DNA of 64,000 bases from Eledone cirrhosa (lineage: Eukaryota): positions 37,386,001 to 37,450,000 of the forward strand of contig OZ024750.1 of NCBI GenBank assembly GCA_964016885.1, given 5' to 3'. Under the pieces are notes generated by a model. That model was not told where the DNA came from and did not search any database. It was given only the letters and a program-made list of their open reading frames with translations. Positions 12,101 to 25,500 of this stretch are shown in pieces. The position numbers were made by a program, and so were the translations under genes. Positions within the stretch are counted from its first letter, which is position 1; each line of letters opens with the position of its first letter.

Positions 12101-15100
12101 AAATGATCAATTTGTGAAAAACCTAAAATAATCAATTTTTTTATACTTTTCGAAATATTTACTTCTGATTTCTAAAATTGATTTTTTTAGGTTTTTCACA
12201 AATTGATCATTTTACACAGTATTTGGAAAAAATGCATTGTTTCAACACGTTGAAAGATTTTTTAAAAATACAAAATATATATCAATTTTCGAAATCAGAA
12301 TGTATATTTCGAAAGAAAAAAAATCAATCTTTTTTGAAAAAAAACAATTTTTCGAAATACTTTGTAAAATGATAGATTTGTGAAAAACCTAAAATAATCA
12401 ATTTTTTTATACTTTTCGAAATATTTACTTCTGATTTCTAAAATTGATTTTTTTAGGTTTTACACAGTATTTGGAAAAAAGGCGTTTATACATTTAGTTT
12501 CGACACGTTGAAAAATACAAAATATATATCAATTTTCGAAATCAGAAAGTATATATTTCGAAAGAAAAAAAATTAATCTTTTTTGAAAAAAAACAATTTT
12601 TCGAAATACTGTGTAAAATGATCAATTTGTGAAAAACCTAAAATAATCAATTTTTTTATACTTTTCGAAATATTTACTTCTGATTTCTAAAATTGATTTT
12701 TTTAGGTTTTTCACAAATTGATCATTTTACACAGTATTTGGAAAAAATATTTTTTTTCAAAAAAATGTGTTTATACATTGTGTTTCGGCACGTTGAAAAA
12801 CTTTTGAAAAATTCAAAATATATATCAATTTTCGAAATCAGAAAGTATATATTTCGAAAGAAAAAAAATTAATCTTTTTTGAAAAAAAACAATTTTTCGA
12901 AATACTGTGTAAAATGATCAATTTGTGAAAAACCTAAAATAATCAATTTTTTATACTTTTCGAAATATTTACTTCTGATTTCTAAAATTGATTTTTTTAG
13001 GTTTTTCACAAATTGATCATTTTACACAGTATTTGGAAAAAATGCATTGTTTCGACACGTTGAAAAATTTTTTAAAAATACAAAATATATATCAATTTTC
13101 GAAATCAGAAAGTATATATTTCGAAAGAAAAAAAATTAATCTTTTTTGAAAAAAAACAATTTTTCGAAATACTGTGTAAAATGATCAATTTGTGAAAAAC
13201 CTAAAATAATCAATTTTTTTATACTTTTCGAAATATTTACTTCTGATTTCTAAAATTGATTTTTTTAGGTTTTTCACAAATTGATCATTTTACACAGTAT
13301 TTGGAAAAAATGCATTGTTTCAACACGTTGAAAGATTTTTTAAAAATACAAAATATATATCAATTTTCGAAATCAGAATGTATATTTCGAAAGAAAAAAA
13401 ATCAATCTTTTTTGAAAAAAAACAATTTTTCGAAATACTTTGTAAAATGATAGATTTGTGAAAAACCTAAAATAATCAATTTTTTTATACTTTTCGAAAT
13501 ATTTACTTCTGATTTCTAAAATTGATTTTTTTAGGTTTTTCACAAATTGATCATTTTACACAGTATTTGGAAAAAATATTTTTTTTCAAAAAAATGTGTT
13601 TATACATTGTGTTTCGGCACGTTGAAAAACTTTTGAAAAATTCAAAATATATATCAATTTTCGAAATCAGAAAGTATATATTTCGAAAGAAAAAAAATTA
13701 ATCTTTTTTGAAAAAAAACAATTTTTCGAAATACTGTGTAAAATGATCAATTTGTGAAAAACCTAAAATAATCAATTTTTTATACTTTTCGAAATATTTA
13801 CTTCTGATTTCTAAAATTGATTTTTTTAGGTTTTTCACAAATTGATCATTTTACACAGTATTTGGAAAAAATGCATTGTTTCGACACGTTGAAAAATTTT
13901 TTAAAAATACAAAATATATATCAATTTTCGAAATCAGAAAGTATATATTTCGAAAGAAAAAAAATTAATCTTTTTTGAAAAAAAACAATTTTTCGAAATA
14001 CTGTGTAAAATGATCAATTTGTGAAAAACCTAAAATAATCAATTTTTTTATACTTTTCGAAATATTTACTTCTGATTTCTAAAATTGATTTTTTTAGGTT
14101 TTTCACAAATTGATCATTTTACACAGTATTTGGAAAAAATGCATTGTTTCAACACGTTGAAAGATTTTTTAAAAATACAAAATATATATCAATTTTCGAA
14201 ATCAGAATGTATATTTCGAAAGAAAAAAAATCAATCTTTTTTGAAAAAAAACAATTATTCGAAATACTTTGTAAAATGATAGATTTGTGAAAAACCTAAA
14301 ATAATCCATTTTTTTATACTTTTCGAAATATTTACTTCTGATTTCTAAAATTGATTTTTTTAGGTTTTTCACAAATTGATCATTTTACACAGTATTTGGA
14401 AAAAATATTTTTTATCAAAAGAATGCGTTTATAAATTATGTTTCGACACGTTGAAAAATACAAAATATATATCAATTTTCGAAATCAGAAAGTATATATT
14501 TCGAAAGAAAAAAAATTAATCTTTTTTGAAAAAAAACAATTTTTCGAAATACTGTGTAAAATGATCAATTTGTGAAAAACCTAAAATAATCAATTTTTTT
14601 ATACTTTTCGAAATATTTACTTCTGATTTCTAAAATTGATTTTTTTAGGTTTTACACAGTATTTGGAAAAAAGGCGTTTATACATTTAGTTTCGACACGT
14701 TGAAAAATACAAAATATATATCAATTTTCGAAATCAGAAAGTATATATTTCGAAAGAAAAAAAATTAATCTTTTTTGAAAAAAAACAATTTTTCGAAATA
14801 CTGTGTAAAATGATCAATTTGTGAAAAACCTAAAATAATCAATTTTTTTATACTTTTCGAAATATTTACTTCTGATTTCTAAAATTGATTTTTTTTAGGT
14901 TTTTCACAAATTGATCATTTTACACAGTATTTGGAAAAAATGCATTGTTTCGACACGTTGAAAAATTTTTTAAAAATACAAAATATATATCAATTTTCGA
15001 AATCAGAAACTATGTTTCGAAAGAAAAAAAATCAATCTTTTTTGAAAAAAAACAATTTTTCGAAATACTTTGTAAAATGATAGATTTGTGAAAAACCTAA

Positions 15101-15950
15101 AATAATCCATTTTTTTATACTTTTCGAAATATTTACTTCTGATTTCTAAAATTGATTTTTTTTAGGTTTTTCACAAATTGATCATTTTACACAGTATTTG
15201 GAAAAAATATTTTTTTTCAAAAGAATGCGTTTATAAATTGTGTTTCGACACGTTGAAAAATACAAAATATATATCAATTTTCGAAATCAGAAAGTATATA
15301 TTTCGAAAGAAAAAAAATTAATCTTTTTTGAAAAAAAACAATTTTTCGAAATACTGTGTAAAATGATCAATTTGTGAAAAACATAAAATAATCAATTTTT
15401 TTATACTTTTCGAAATATTTACTTCTGATTTCTAAAATTGATTTTTTTTAGGTTTTTCACAAATTGATCATTTTAAACAGTATTTGGAAAAAATGCATTG
15501 TTTCGACACGTTGAAAAATTTTTTAAAAGTACAAAATATATATCAATTTTCGAAATCAGAAACTATATTTCGAAAGAAAAAAAATCAATCTTTTTTGAAA
15601 AAAAACAATTTTTCGAAATACTTTGTAAAATGATAGATTTGTGAAAAACCTAAAATAATCAATTTTTTTATACTTTTCGAAATATTTACTTCTGATTTCT
15701 AAAATTGATTTTTTTAGGTTTTACACAGTATTTGGAAAAAAGGCGTTTATACATTTAGTTTCGACACGTTGAAAAATACAAAATATATATCAATTTTCGA
15801 AATCAGAAAGTATATATTTCGAAAGAAAAAAAATTAATCTTTTTTGAAAAAAAACAATTTTTCGAAATACTGTGTAAAATGATCAATTTGTGAAAAACCT
15901 AAAATAATCAATTTTTTTATACTTTTCGAAATATTTACTTCTGATTTCTA
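9190..15950 (+). repeat. Block duplication with offset ~4338 bp (~9.2-11.6 kb copied at ~13.5-15.95 kb)
   Basis: Private variants ttttatcaaaagaatgcgtttataaattat (~10071/~14410), cattttaaacag (~11130/~15470) and aaaagtacaaaa (~11187/~15526) recur at this offset; ORFs 9747/14085. Confidence 0.8.
11378..14363 (+). repeat. Local 4-monomer repeat, period 1078 bp (2 copies), followed by a 3-monomer 829 bp copy
   Basis: The variant atcagaatgtata occurs in the monomers under ORFs 12178, 13256 and 14085 (spacings 1078 and 829). The third copy lacks the 249 bp monomer. Confidence 0.85.
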
Positions 15951-18900
15951 AAATTGATTTTTTTTTAGGTTTTTCACAAATTGATCATTTTACACAGTAT
16001 TTGGAAAAAATGCATTGTTTCGACACGTTGAAAAATTTTTTTAAAATACAAAATATATATCAATTTTCGAAATCAGAAACTATATTTCGAAAGAAAAAAA
16101 ATCAATCTTTTTTGAAAAAAAACAATTTTTCGAAATACTTTATAAAATGATAGATTTGTGAAAAACCTAAAATAATCCATTTTTTTATACTTTTCGAAAT
16201 ATTTACTTCTGATTTCTAAAATTGATTTTTTTAGGTTTTTCACAAATTGATCATTTTACACAGTATTTGGAAAAAATATTTTTTTTCAAAAGAATGCGGT
16301 TATAAATTGTGTTTCGACACGTTGAAAAATACAAAATATATATCAAAAAGTATATATATCGAAATCAGAAAGTATATATTTCGAAAGAAATAAAATCAAT
16401 CCTTTTTGAAATATAACAATTTTTCGAAATACTGTGTAAAATGATCAATTTGTGAAAAACCTAAAATAATCAATTTTTTTATACTTTTCGAAATATTTAC
16501 TTCTGATTTCTAAAATTGATTTTTTTAGGTTTTTCACAAATTGATCATTTTACACAGTATTTGGAAAAAATGCATTGTTTCAACACGTTGAAAGATTTTT
16601 TAAAAATACAAAATATATATCAATTTTCGAAATCAGAAAGTATATATTTCGAAAGAAAAAAAATTAATCTTTTTTGAAAAAAAACAATTTTTCGAAATAC
16701 TGTGTAAAATGATCAATTTGTGAAAAACCTAAAATAATCAATTTTTTTATACTTTTCGAAATATTTACTTCTGATTTCTAAAATTGATTTTTTTAGCTTT
16801 TTCACAAATTGATCATTTTACACGGTATTTGGAAAAAATGCATTGTTTCGACACGTTGAAAAATTTTTTAAAAATACAAAATATATATCAATTTTCGAAA
16901 TCAGAAAGTATATTTCGAAAGAAAAAAAATCAATCTTTTTGGAAAAAAAACAATTTTTCGAAATACTTTGTAAAATGAGAGATTTGTGAAAAACCTAAAA
17001 TAATCCATTTTTTTATACTTTTCGAAATATTTACTTCTGATTTCTAAAATTGATTTTTTTAGGTTTTCACAAATTGATCATTTTACACAGTATTTGGAAA
17101 AAATGCATTGTTTCGACACGTTGAAAAATTTTTTAAAAATACAAAATATATATCAATTTTCGAAATCAGAAAGTATATATTTCGAAAGAAAAAAAATTAA
17201 TCTTTTTTTAAAAAAAACAATTTTTCGAAATACTGTGTAAAATGATCAATTTGTGAAAAACCTAAAATAATCAATTTTTTTATACTTTTCGAAATATTTA
17301 CTTCTGATTTCTAAAATTGATTTTTTTAGGTTTTTCACAAATTGATCATTTTACACAGTATTTGGAAAAAATATTTTTTTTCAAAAGAATGCGTTTATAA
17401 ATTGTGTTTCGACACGTTGAAAAATACAAAATATATATCAAAAAGTATATATATCGAAATCAGAAAGTATATATTTCGAAAGAAAAAAAATCAATCTTTT
17501 TTGAAAAGAAATTTTTCGAAATACTGTGTAAAATGATCAATTTGTGAAAAACCTAAAATAATCAATTTTTTTATACTTTTCGAAATATTTACTTCTGATT
17601 TCTAAAATTGATTTTTTTAGGTTTTACACAAATTGATCATTTTACACAGTATTTCGAAAAAATGCATTGTTTCGACACGTTGAAAAATACAAAATATATA
17701 TCAATTTTCGAAATCAGAAAGTATATATTTCGAAAGAAAAAAAATTAATATTTTTTGAAAAAAAACAATTTTTCGAAATACTGTGTAAAATGATCAATTT
17801 GTGAAAAACCTAAAATAATCCATTTTTTTATACTTTTCGAAATATTTACTTCTGATTTCTAAAATTGATTTTTTTAGGTCTTTCACAAATTGATCATTTT
17901 ACACAGTATTTGGAAAAAATATTTTTTTTCAAAAGAATGCGGTTATAAATTGTGTTTCGACACGTTGAAAAATACAAAATATATATCAAAAAGTATATAT
18001 ATCGAAATCAGAAAGTATATATTTCGAAAGAAAAAAAATCAATCTTTTTTGAAAAGAAATTTTTCGAAATACTGTGTAAAATGAGCAATTTGTGAAAAAC
18101 CTAAAATAATCAATTCGTTTATACTTTTCGAAATATTTACTTCTGATTTCTAAAATTGATTTTTTTAGGTTTTTCACAAATTGATCATTTTACACAGTAT
18201 TTGGAAAAAATATTTTTTTTCAAAAAAATGTGTTTATACATTGTGTTTCGGCACGTTGAAAAACTTTTGAAAAATTCAAAATATATATCAATTTTCGAAA
18301 TCAGAAAGTATATATTTCGAAAGAAAAAAAATTAATCTTTTTTGAAAAAAAACAATTTTTCGAAATACTGTGTAAAATGATCAATTTGTGAAAAACCTAA
18401 AATAATCAATTTTTTATACTTTTCGAAATATTTACTTCTGATTTCTAAAATTGATTTTTTTAGGTTTTTCACAAATTGATCATTTTACACAGTATTTGGA
18501 AAAAATGCATTGTTTCGACACGTTGAAAAATTTTTAAAAAATACAAAATATATATCAATTTTCGAAATCAGAAAGTATATATTTCGAAAGAAAAAAAATT
18601 AATCTTTTTTGAAAAAAAACAATTTTTCGAAATACTGTGTAAAATGATCAATTTGTGAAAAATCTAAAATAATCAATTTTTTTATACTTTTCGAAATATT
18701 TACTTCTGATTTCTAAAATTGATTTTTTTAGGTTTTTCACAAATTGATCATTTTACACAGTATTTGGAAAAAATGCATTGTTTCAACACGTTGAAAGATT
18801 TTTTAAAAATACAAAATATATATCAATTTTCGAAATCAGAAAGTATATATTTCGAAAGAAAAAAAATTAATCTTTTTTGAAAAAAAACAATTTTTCGAAA

Positions 18901-21900
18901 TACTGTGTAAAATGATCAATTTGTGAAAAACCTAAAATAATCAATTTTTTTATACTTTTCGAAATATTTACTTCTGATTTCTAAAATTGATTTTTTTAGG
19001 TTTTACACAGTATTTGGAAAAAAGGCGTTTATACATTTAGTTTCGACACGTTGAAAAATACAAAATATATATCAATTTTCGAAATCAGAAAGTATATATT
19101 TCGAAAGAAAAAAAATTAATCTTTTTTGAAAAAAAACAATTTTTCGAAATACTGTGTAAAATGATCAATTTGTGAAAAACCTAAAATAATCAATTTTTTT
19201 ATACTTTTCGAAATATTTACTTCTGATTTCTAAAATTGATTTTTTTTAGGTTTTTCACAAATTGATCATTTTACACAGTATTTGGAAAAAATGCATTGTT
19301 TCGACACGTTGAAAAATTTTTTACAAATACAAAATATATATCAATTTTCGAAATCAGAAACTATGTTTCGAAAGAAAAAAAATCAATCTTTTTTGAAAAA
19401 AAACAATTTTTCGAAATACTTTGTAAAATGATAGATTTGTGAAAAACCTAAAATAATCCATTTTTTTATACTTTTCGAAATATTTACTTCTGATTTCTAA
19501 AATTGATTTTTTTAGGTTTTTCACAAATTGATCATTTTACACAGTATTTGGAAAAAATATTTTTTTTCAAAAGAATGCGTTTATAAATTGTGTTTCGACA
19601 CGTTGAAAAATACAAAATATATATCAATTTTCGAAATCAGAAAGTATATATTTCGAAAGAAAAAAAATTAATCTTTTTTGAAAAAAAACAATTTTTCGAA
19701 ATACTGTGTAAAATGATCAATTTGTGAAAAACATAAAATAATCAATTTTTTTATACTTTTCGAAATATTTACTTCTGATTTCTAAAATTGATTTTTTTAG
19801 GTTTTTCACAAATTGATCATTTTACACAGTATTTGGAAAAAATGCATTGTTTCGACACGTTGAAAAATTTTTTAAAAATACAAAATATATATCAATTTTC
19901 GAAATCAGAAAGTATATATTTCGAAAGAAAAAAAATTAATCTTTTTTGAAAAAAAACAATTTTTCGAAATACTGTGTAAAATGATCAATTTGTGAAAAAC
20001 CTAAAATAATCAATTTTTTTATACTTTTCGAAATATTTACTTCTGATTTCTAAAATTGATTTTTTTAGGTTTTTCACAAATTGATCATTTTACACAGTAT
20101 CTGGAAAAAATATTTTTTTTCAAAAGAATGCGTTTATAAATTGTGTTTCGACACGTTGAAAAATACAAAATATATATAAAAAAGTATATATATCGAAATC
20201 AGAAAGTATATATTTCGAAAGAAATAAAATCAATCTTTTTTGAAAAGAAATTTTTCGAAATACTGTGTAAAATGATCAATTTGTGAAAAACCTAAAATAA
20301 TCAATTTTTTTATACTTTTCGAAATATTTACTTCTGATTTCTAAAATTGATTTTTTTAGGTTTTACACAAATTGATCATTTTACACAGTATTTCGAAAAA
20401 ATGCATTGTTTCGACACGTTGAAAAATACAAAATATATATCAATTTTCGAAATCAGAAAGTATATATTTCGAAAGAAAAAAAATTAATATTTTTTGAAAA
20501 AAAACAATTTTTCGAAATACTGTGTAAAATGATCAATTTGTGAAAAACCTAAAATAATCCATTTTTTTATACTTTTCGAAATATTTACTTCTGATTTCTA
20601 AAATTGATTTTTTTAGGTCTTTCACAAATTGATCATTTTACACAGTATTTGGAAAAAATATTTTTTTTCAAAAGAATGCGGTTATAAATTGTGTTTCGAC
20701 ACGTTGAAAAATACAAAATATATATCAAAAAGTATATATATCGAAATCAGAAAGTATATATTTCGAAAGAAATAAAATCAATCCTTTTTGAAATATAACA
20801 ATTTTTCGAAATACTGTGTAAAATGATCAATTTGTGAAAAACCTAAAATAATCAATTCGTTTATACTTTTCGAAATATTTACTTCTGATTTCTAAAATTG
20901 ATCTTTTTAGGTTTTTCACAAATTGATCATTTTACACAGTATTTGGAAAAAATATTTTTTTTCAAAAAAATGTGTTTATACATTGTGTTTCGACACGTTG
21001 AAAAACTTTTGAAAAATTCAAAATATATATCAATTTTCGAAATCAGAAAGTATATATTTCGAAAGAAATAAAATTAATCTTTTTTGAAAAAAAACAATTT
21101 TTCGAAATACTGTGTAACATGATCTATTTGTGAAAAACCTAAATTAATAAATTTTTTTATAATTTTAGAAATATTTACTTCTGATTTCTAAAATTGATTT
21201 TTTTAGGTTTTTCACAAATTGATCATTTTGGCACAGTATTTGGAAAAAATGCATTGTTTCAACACGTTGAAAGATTTTTTAAAAATACAAAATATATATC
21301 AATTTTCGAAATCAGAAAGTATATTTCGAAAGAAAAAAAATCAATCTTTTTTGAAAAAAAACAATTATTCGAAATACTTTGTAAAATGATAGATTTGTGA
21401 AAAACCTAAAATAATCCATTTTTTTATACTTTTCGAAATATTTACTTCTGATTTCTAAAATTGCTTTTTTTAGGTTTTTCACAAATTGAACATTTTACAC
21501 AGTATTTGGAAAAAATGCGTTATGTTTCGACACGTTGAAAAACTTTTGAAAAATTCAAAATATATATCAATTTTCGAAATCAGAAAGTATATATTTCGAA
21601 AGAAATAAAATCAATCTTTTTTGAAAAAAAACAATTTTTCGAAATACTGTGTAACATGATCATATTGTGAAAAACCTAAATTAATAAATTTTTTTATAAT
21701 TTTAGAAATATTTACTTCTGATTTCTAACATTGATTTTTTTAGGTTTTACACAGTATTTGGAAAAAATGCGTTTATACATTATGTTTCGACACGTTGAAA
21801 AATTTTTTAAAAATACAAAATATATATCAATTTTCGAAATCAGAAAGTATATATTTCGAAAGAAAAAAAATTAATATTTTTTGAAAAAAAACAATTTTTC

Positions 21901-22599
21901 GAAATACTGTGTAAAATGATCAATTTGTGAAAAACCTAAAATAATCCATTTTTTTATACTTTTCGGTCTTTCACAAATTGATCATTTTACATAGTATTTG
22001 GAAAAAATATTTTTTTTCAAAAGAATGCGGTTATAAATTGTGTTTCGACACGTTGAAAAATACAAAATATATATCAAAAAGTATATATATCGAAATCAGA
22101 AAGTATATATTTCGAAAGAAATAAAATCAATCCTTTTTGAAATATAACAATTTTTCGAAATACTGTGTAAAATGATCAATTTGTGAAAAACCTAAAATAA
22201 TCAATTCGTTTATACTTTTCGAAATATTTACTTCTGATTTCTAAAATTGATTTTTTTAGGTTTTTCACAAATTGATCATTTTACACAGTATTTGGAAAAA
22301 ATATTTTTTTTCAAAGAATGCGTTTATAAATTGTGTTTCGACACGTTGAAAAATACAAAATATATATCAATTTTCGAAATCAGAAAGTATATATTTCGAA
22401 AGAAAAAAAATTAATCTTTTTTGAAAAAAAACAATTTTTCGAAATACTGTGTAAAATGATCAATTTGTGAAAAACCTAAAATAATCAATTTTTTTATACT
22501 TTTCGAAATATTTACTTCTGATTTCTAAAATTGATTTTTTTTAGGTTTTTCACAAATTGATCATTTTACACAGTATTTGGAAAAAATGCATTGTTTCGA

Positions 22600-25500
22600 C
22601 ACGTTGAAAAATTTTTTAAAAATACAAAATATATATCAATTTTCGAAATCAGAAACTATATTTCGAAAGAAAAAAAATCAATCTTTTTTGAAAAAAAACA
22701 ATTTTTCGAAATACTTTGTAAAATGATAGATTTGTGAAAAACCTAAAATAATCCATTTTTTTATACTTTTCGAAATATTTACTTCTGATTTCTAAAATTG
22801 ATTTTTTTAGGTTTTTCACAAATTGATCATTTTACACAGTATTTGGAAAAAATATTTTTTTTCAAAAGAATGCGGTTATAAATTGTGTTTCGACACGTTG
22901 AAAAATACAAAATATATATCAAAAAGTATATATATCGAAATCAGAAAGTATATATTTCGAAAGAAATAAAATCAATCCTTTTTGAAATATAACAATTTTT
23001 CGAAATACTGTGTAAAATGATCAATTTGTGAAAAACCTAAAATAATCAATTCGTTTATACTTTTCGAAATATTTACTTCTGATTTCTAAAATTGATTTTT
23101 TTAGGTTTTTCACAAATTGATCATTTTACACAGTATTTGGAAAAAATATTTTTTTTCAAAAAAATGTGTTTATACATTGTGTTTCGACACGTTGAAAAAC
23201 TTTTGAAAAATACAAAATATATATCAATTTTCGAAATCAGAAAGTATATTTCGAAAGAAAAAAAATCAATCTTTTTTGATAAAAAACAATTATTCGAAAT
23301 ACTTTGTAAAATGATAGATTTGTGAAAAACCTAAAATAATCCATTTTTTTATACTTTTCGAAATATTTACTTCTGATTTCTAAAATTGATTTTTTTAGGT
23401 TTTTCACAAATTGAACATTTTACACAGTATTTGGAAAAAATGCGTTATGTTTCGACACGTTGAAAAACTTTTGAAAAATTCAAAATATATATCAATTTTC
23501 GAAATCAGAAAGTATATATTTCGAAAGAAATAAAATCAATCTTTTTTGAAAAAAAACAATTTTTCGAAATACTGTGTAACATGATCATATTGTGAAAAAC
23601 CTAAATTAATAAATTTTTTTATAATTTTAGAAATATTTACTTCTGATTTCTAACATTGATTTTTTTAGGTTTTACACAGTATTTGGAAAAAATGCGTTTA
23701 TACATTATGTTTCGACACGTTGAAAAATTTTTTTAAAAATACAAAATATATATCAATTTTCGAAATCAGAAAGTATATATTTCGAAAGAAAAAAAATTAA
23801 TCTTTTTTGAAAAAAAACAATTTTTCGAAATACTGTGTAAAATGATCAATTTGTGAAAAACCTAAAATAATCAATTTTTTATACTTTTCGAAATATTTAC
23901 TTCTGATTTCTAAAATTGATTTTTTTAGGTTTTTCACAAATTGATCATTTTACACAGTATTTGGAAAAAATATTTTTTTTCAAAAAAATGCGTTTATAAA
24001 TTGTGTTTCGACACGTTGAAAAATACAATATATATATCAATTTTCGAAATCAGAAAGTATATATTTCGAAAGAAAAAAAATCAATCTTTTTTGAAATAAA
24101 ACAATTTTTCGAAATACTGTGTAAAATGATCAATTTGTGAAAAACCTAAAATAATCAATTTTTTAAAACTTTTCGAACTATTTACTTCGAATTTCTAAAA
24201 TTGATTTTTTTAGGTTTTACACAGTATTTAGAAAAAAGGCGTTTATACATTGTTTCGACACGTTGAAAAATTTTTTAAAAATACAAAATATATATCAATT
24301 TTCGAAATCTGAAAGTATATATTTCGAAAGAAAAAAAAACATCTTTTTTGAAAAAAAACAATTTTTCGAAATACTGTGTAAAATGATCAATTTGTGAAAA
24401 ACCTAAAATAATCAATTTTTTTATACCTTTCGAAATATTTACTTCTGATTTCTAAAATTGATTTTTTTTAGGTTTTTTACAAATTGATCATTTTACACAG
24501 TAGTGGGAAAAAATGCGTTTATACATTATGTTTCGACACGTTGAAAAATTTTTTAAAAATACAAAATATATATGAATCATTTTACACAGTATTTGGAAAA
24601 AATATTTTTTTTCAAAAAAATGTGTTTATACATTGTGTTTCGACACGTTGAAAAATATTTGAAAAATACAAAATATATATCAATTTTCGAAATTAGAAAG
24701 TATATATTTCGAAAGAAAAAAAATCAATCTTTTTTGAAAAAAAATTTTTCGAATTACTGTGTAAAATGATCAATTTGTGAAAAACCTAAATTAATAAATT
24801 TTTTTATAATTTTAGAAATATTTACTTCTGATTTCTAAAATTGATTTTTTTAGGTTTTTCACAAATTGATCATTTTACACAGTATTTGGAAAAAATATTT
24901 TTTTTCAAAAGAATGCGTTTATAAATTGTGTTTCGACACGTTGAAAAATACAAAATATATATCAATTTTCGAAATCAGAAAGTATATATTTCGAAAGAAA
25001 AAAAATTAATCTTTTTTGAAAAAAAACAATTTTTCGAAATACTGTGTAAAATGATCAATTTGTGAAAAACCTAAAATAATCCATTTTTTTATACTTTTCG
25101 AAATATTTACTTCTGATTTCTAAAATTGATTTTTTTAGGTTTTTCACAAATTGATCATTTTACACAGTATTTGGAAAAAATGCATTGTTTAGACACGTTG
25201 AAAAATTTTTTAAAAATACAAAATATATATCAATTTTCGAAATCAGAAACTATATTTCGAAAGAAAAAAAATCAATCTTTTTTGAAAAAAAACAATTTTT
25301 CGAAATACTTTGTAAAATGATCAATTTGTGAAAAACCTAAAATAATAAATTTTTTTATAATTTTCGAAATATTTACTTCTGATTTCTAAAATTGATTTTT
25401 TTAGGTTTTTCACAAATTGATCATTTTACACAGTATTTGGAAAAAATATTTTTTTTCAAAAGAATGCGGTTATAAATTGTGTTTCGACACGTTGAAAAAT

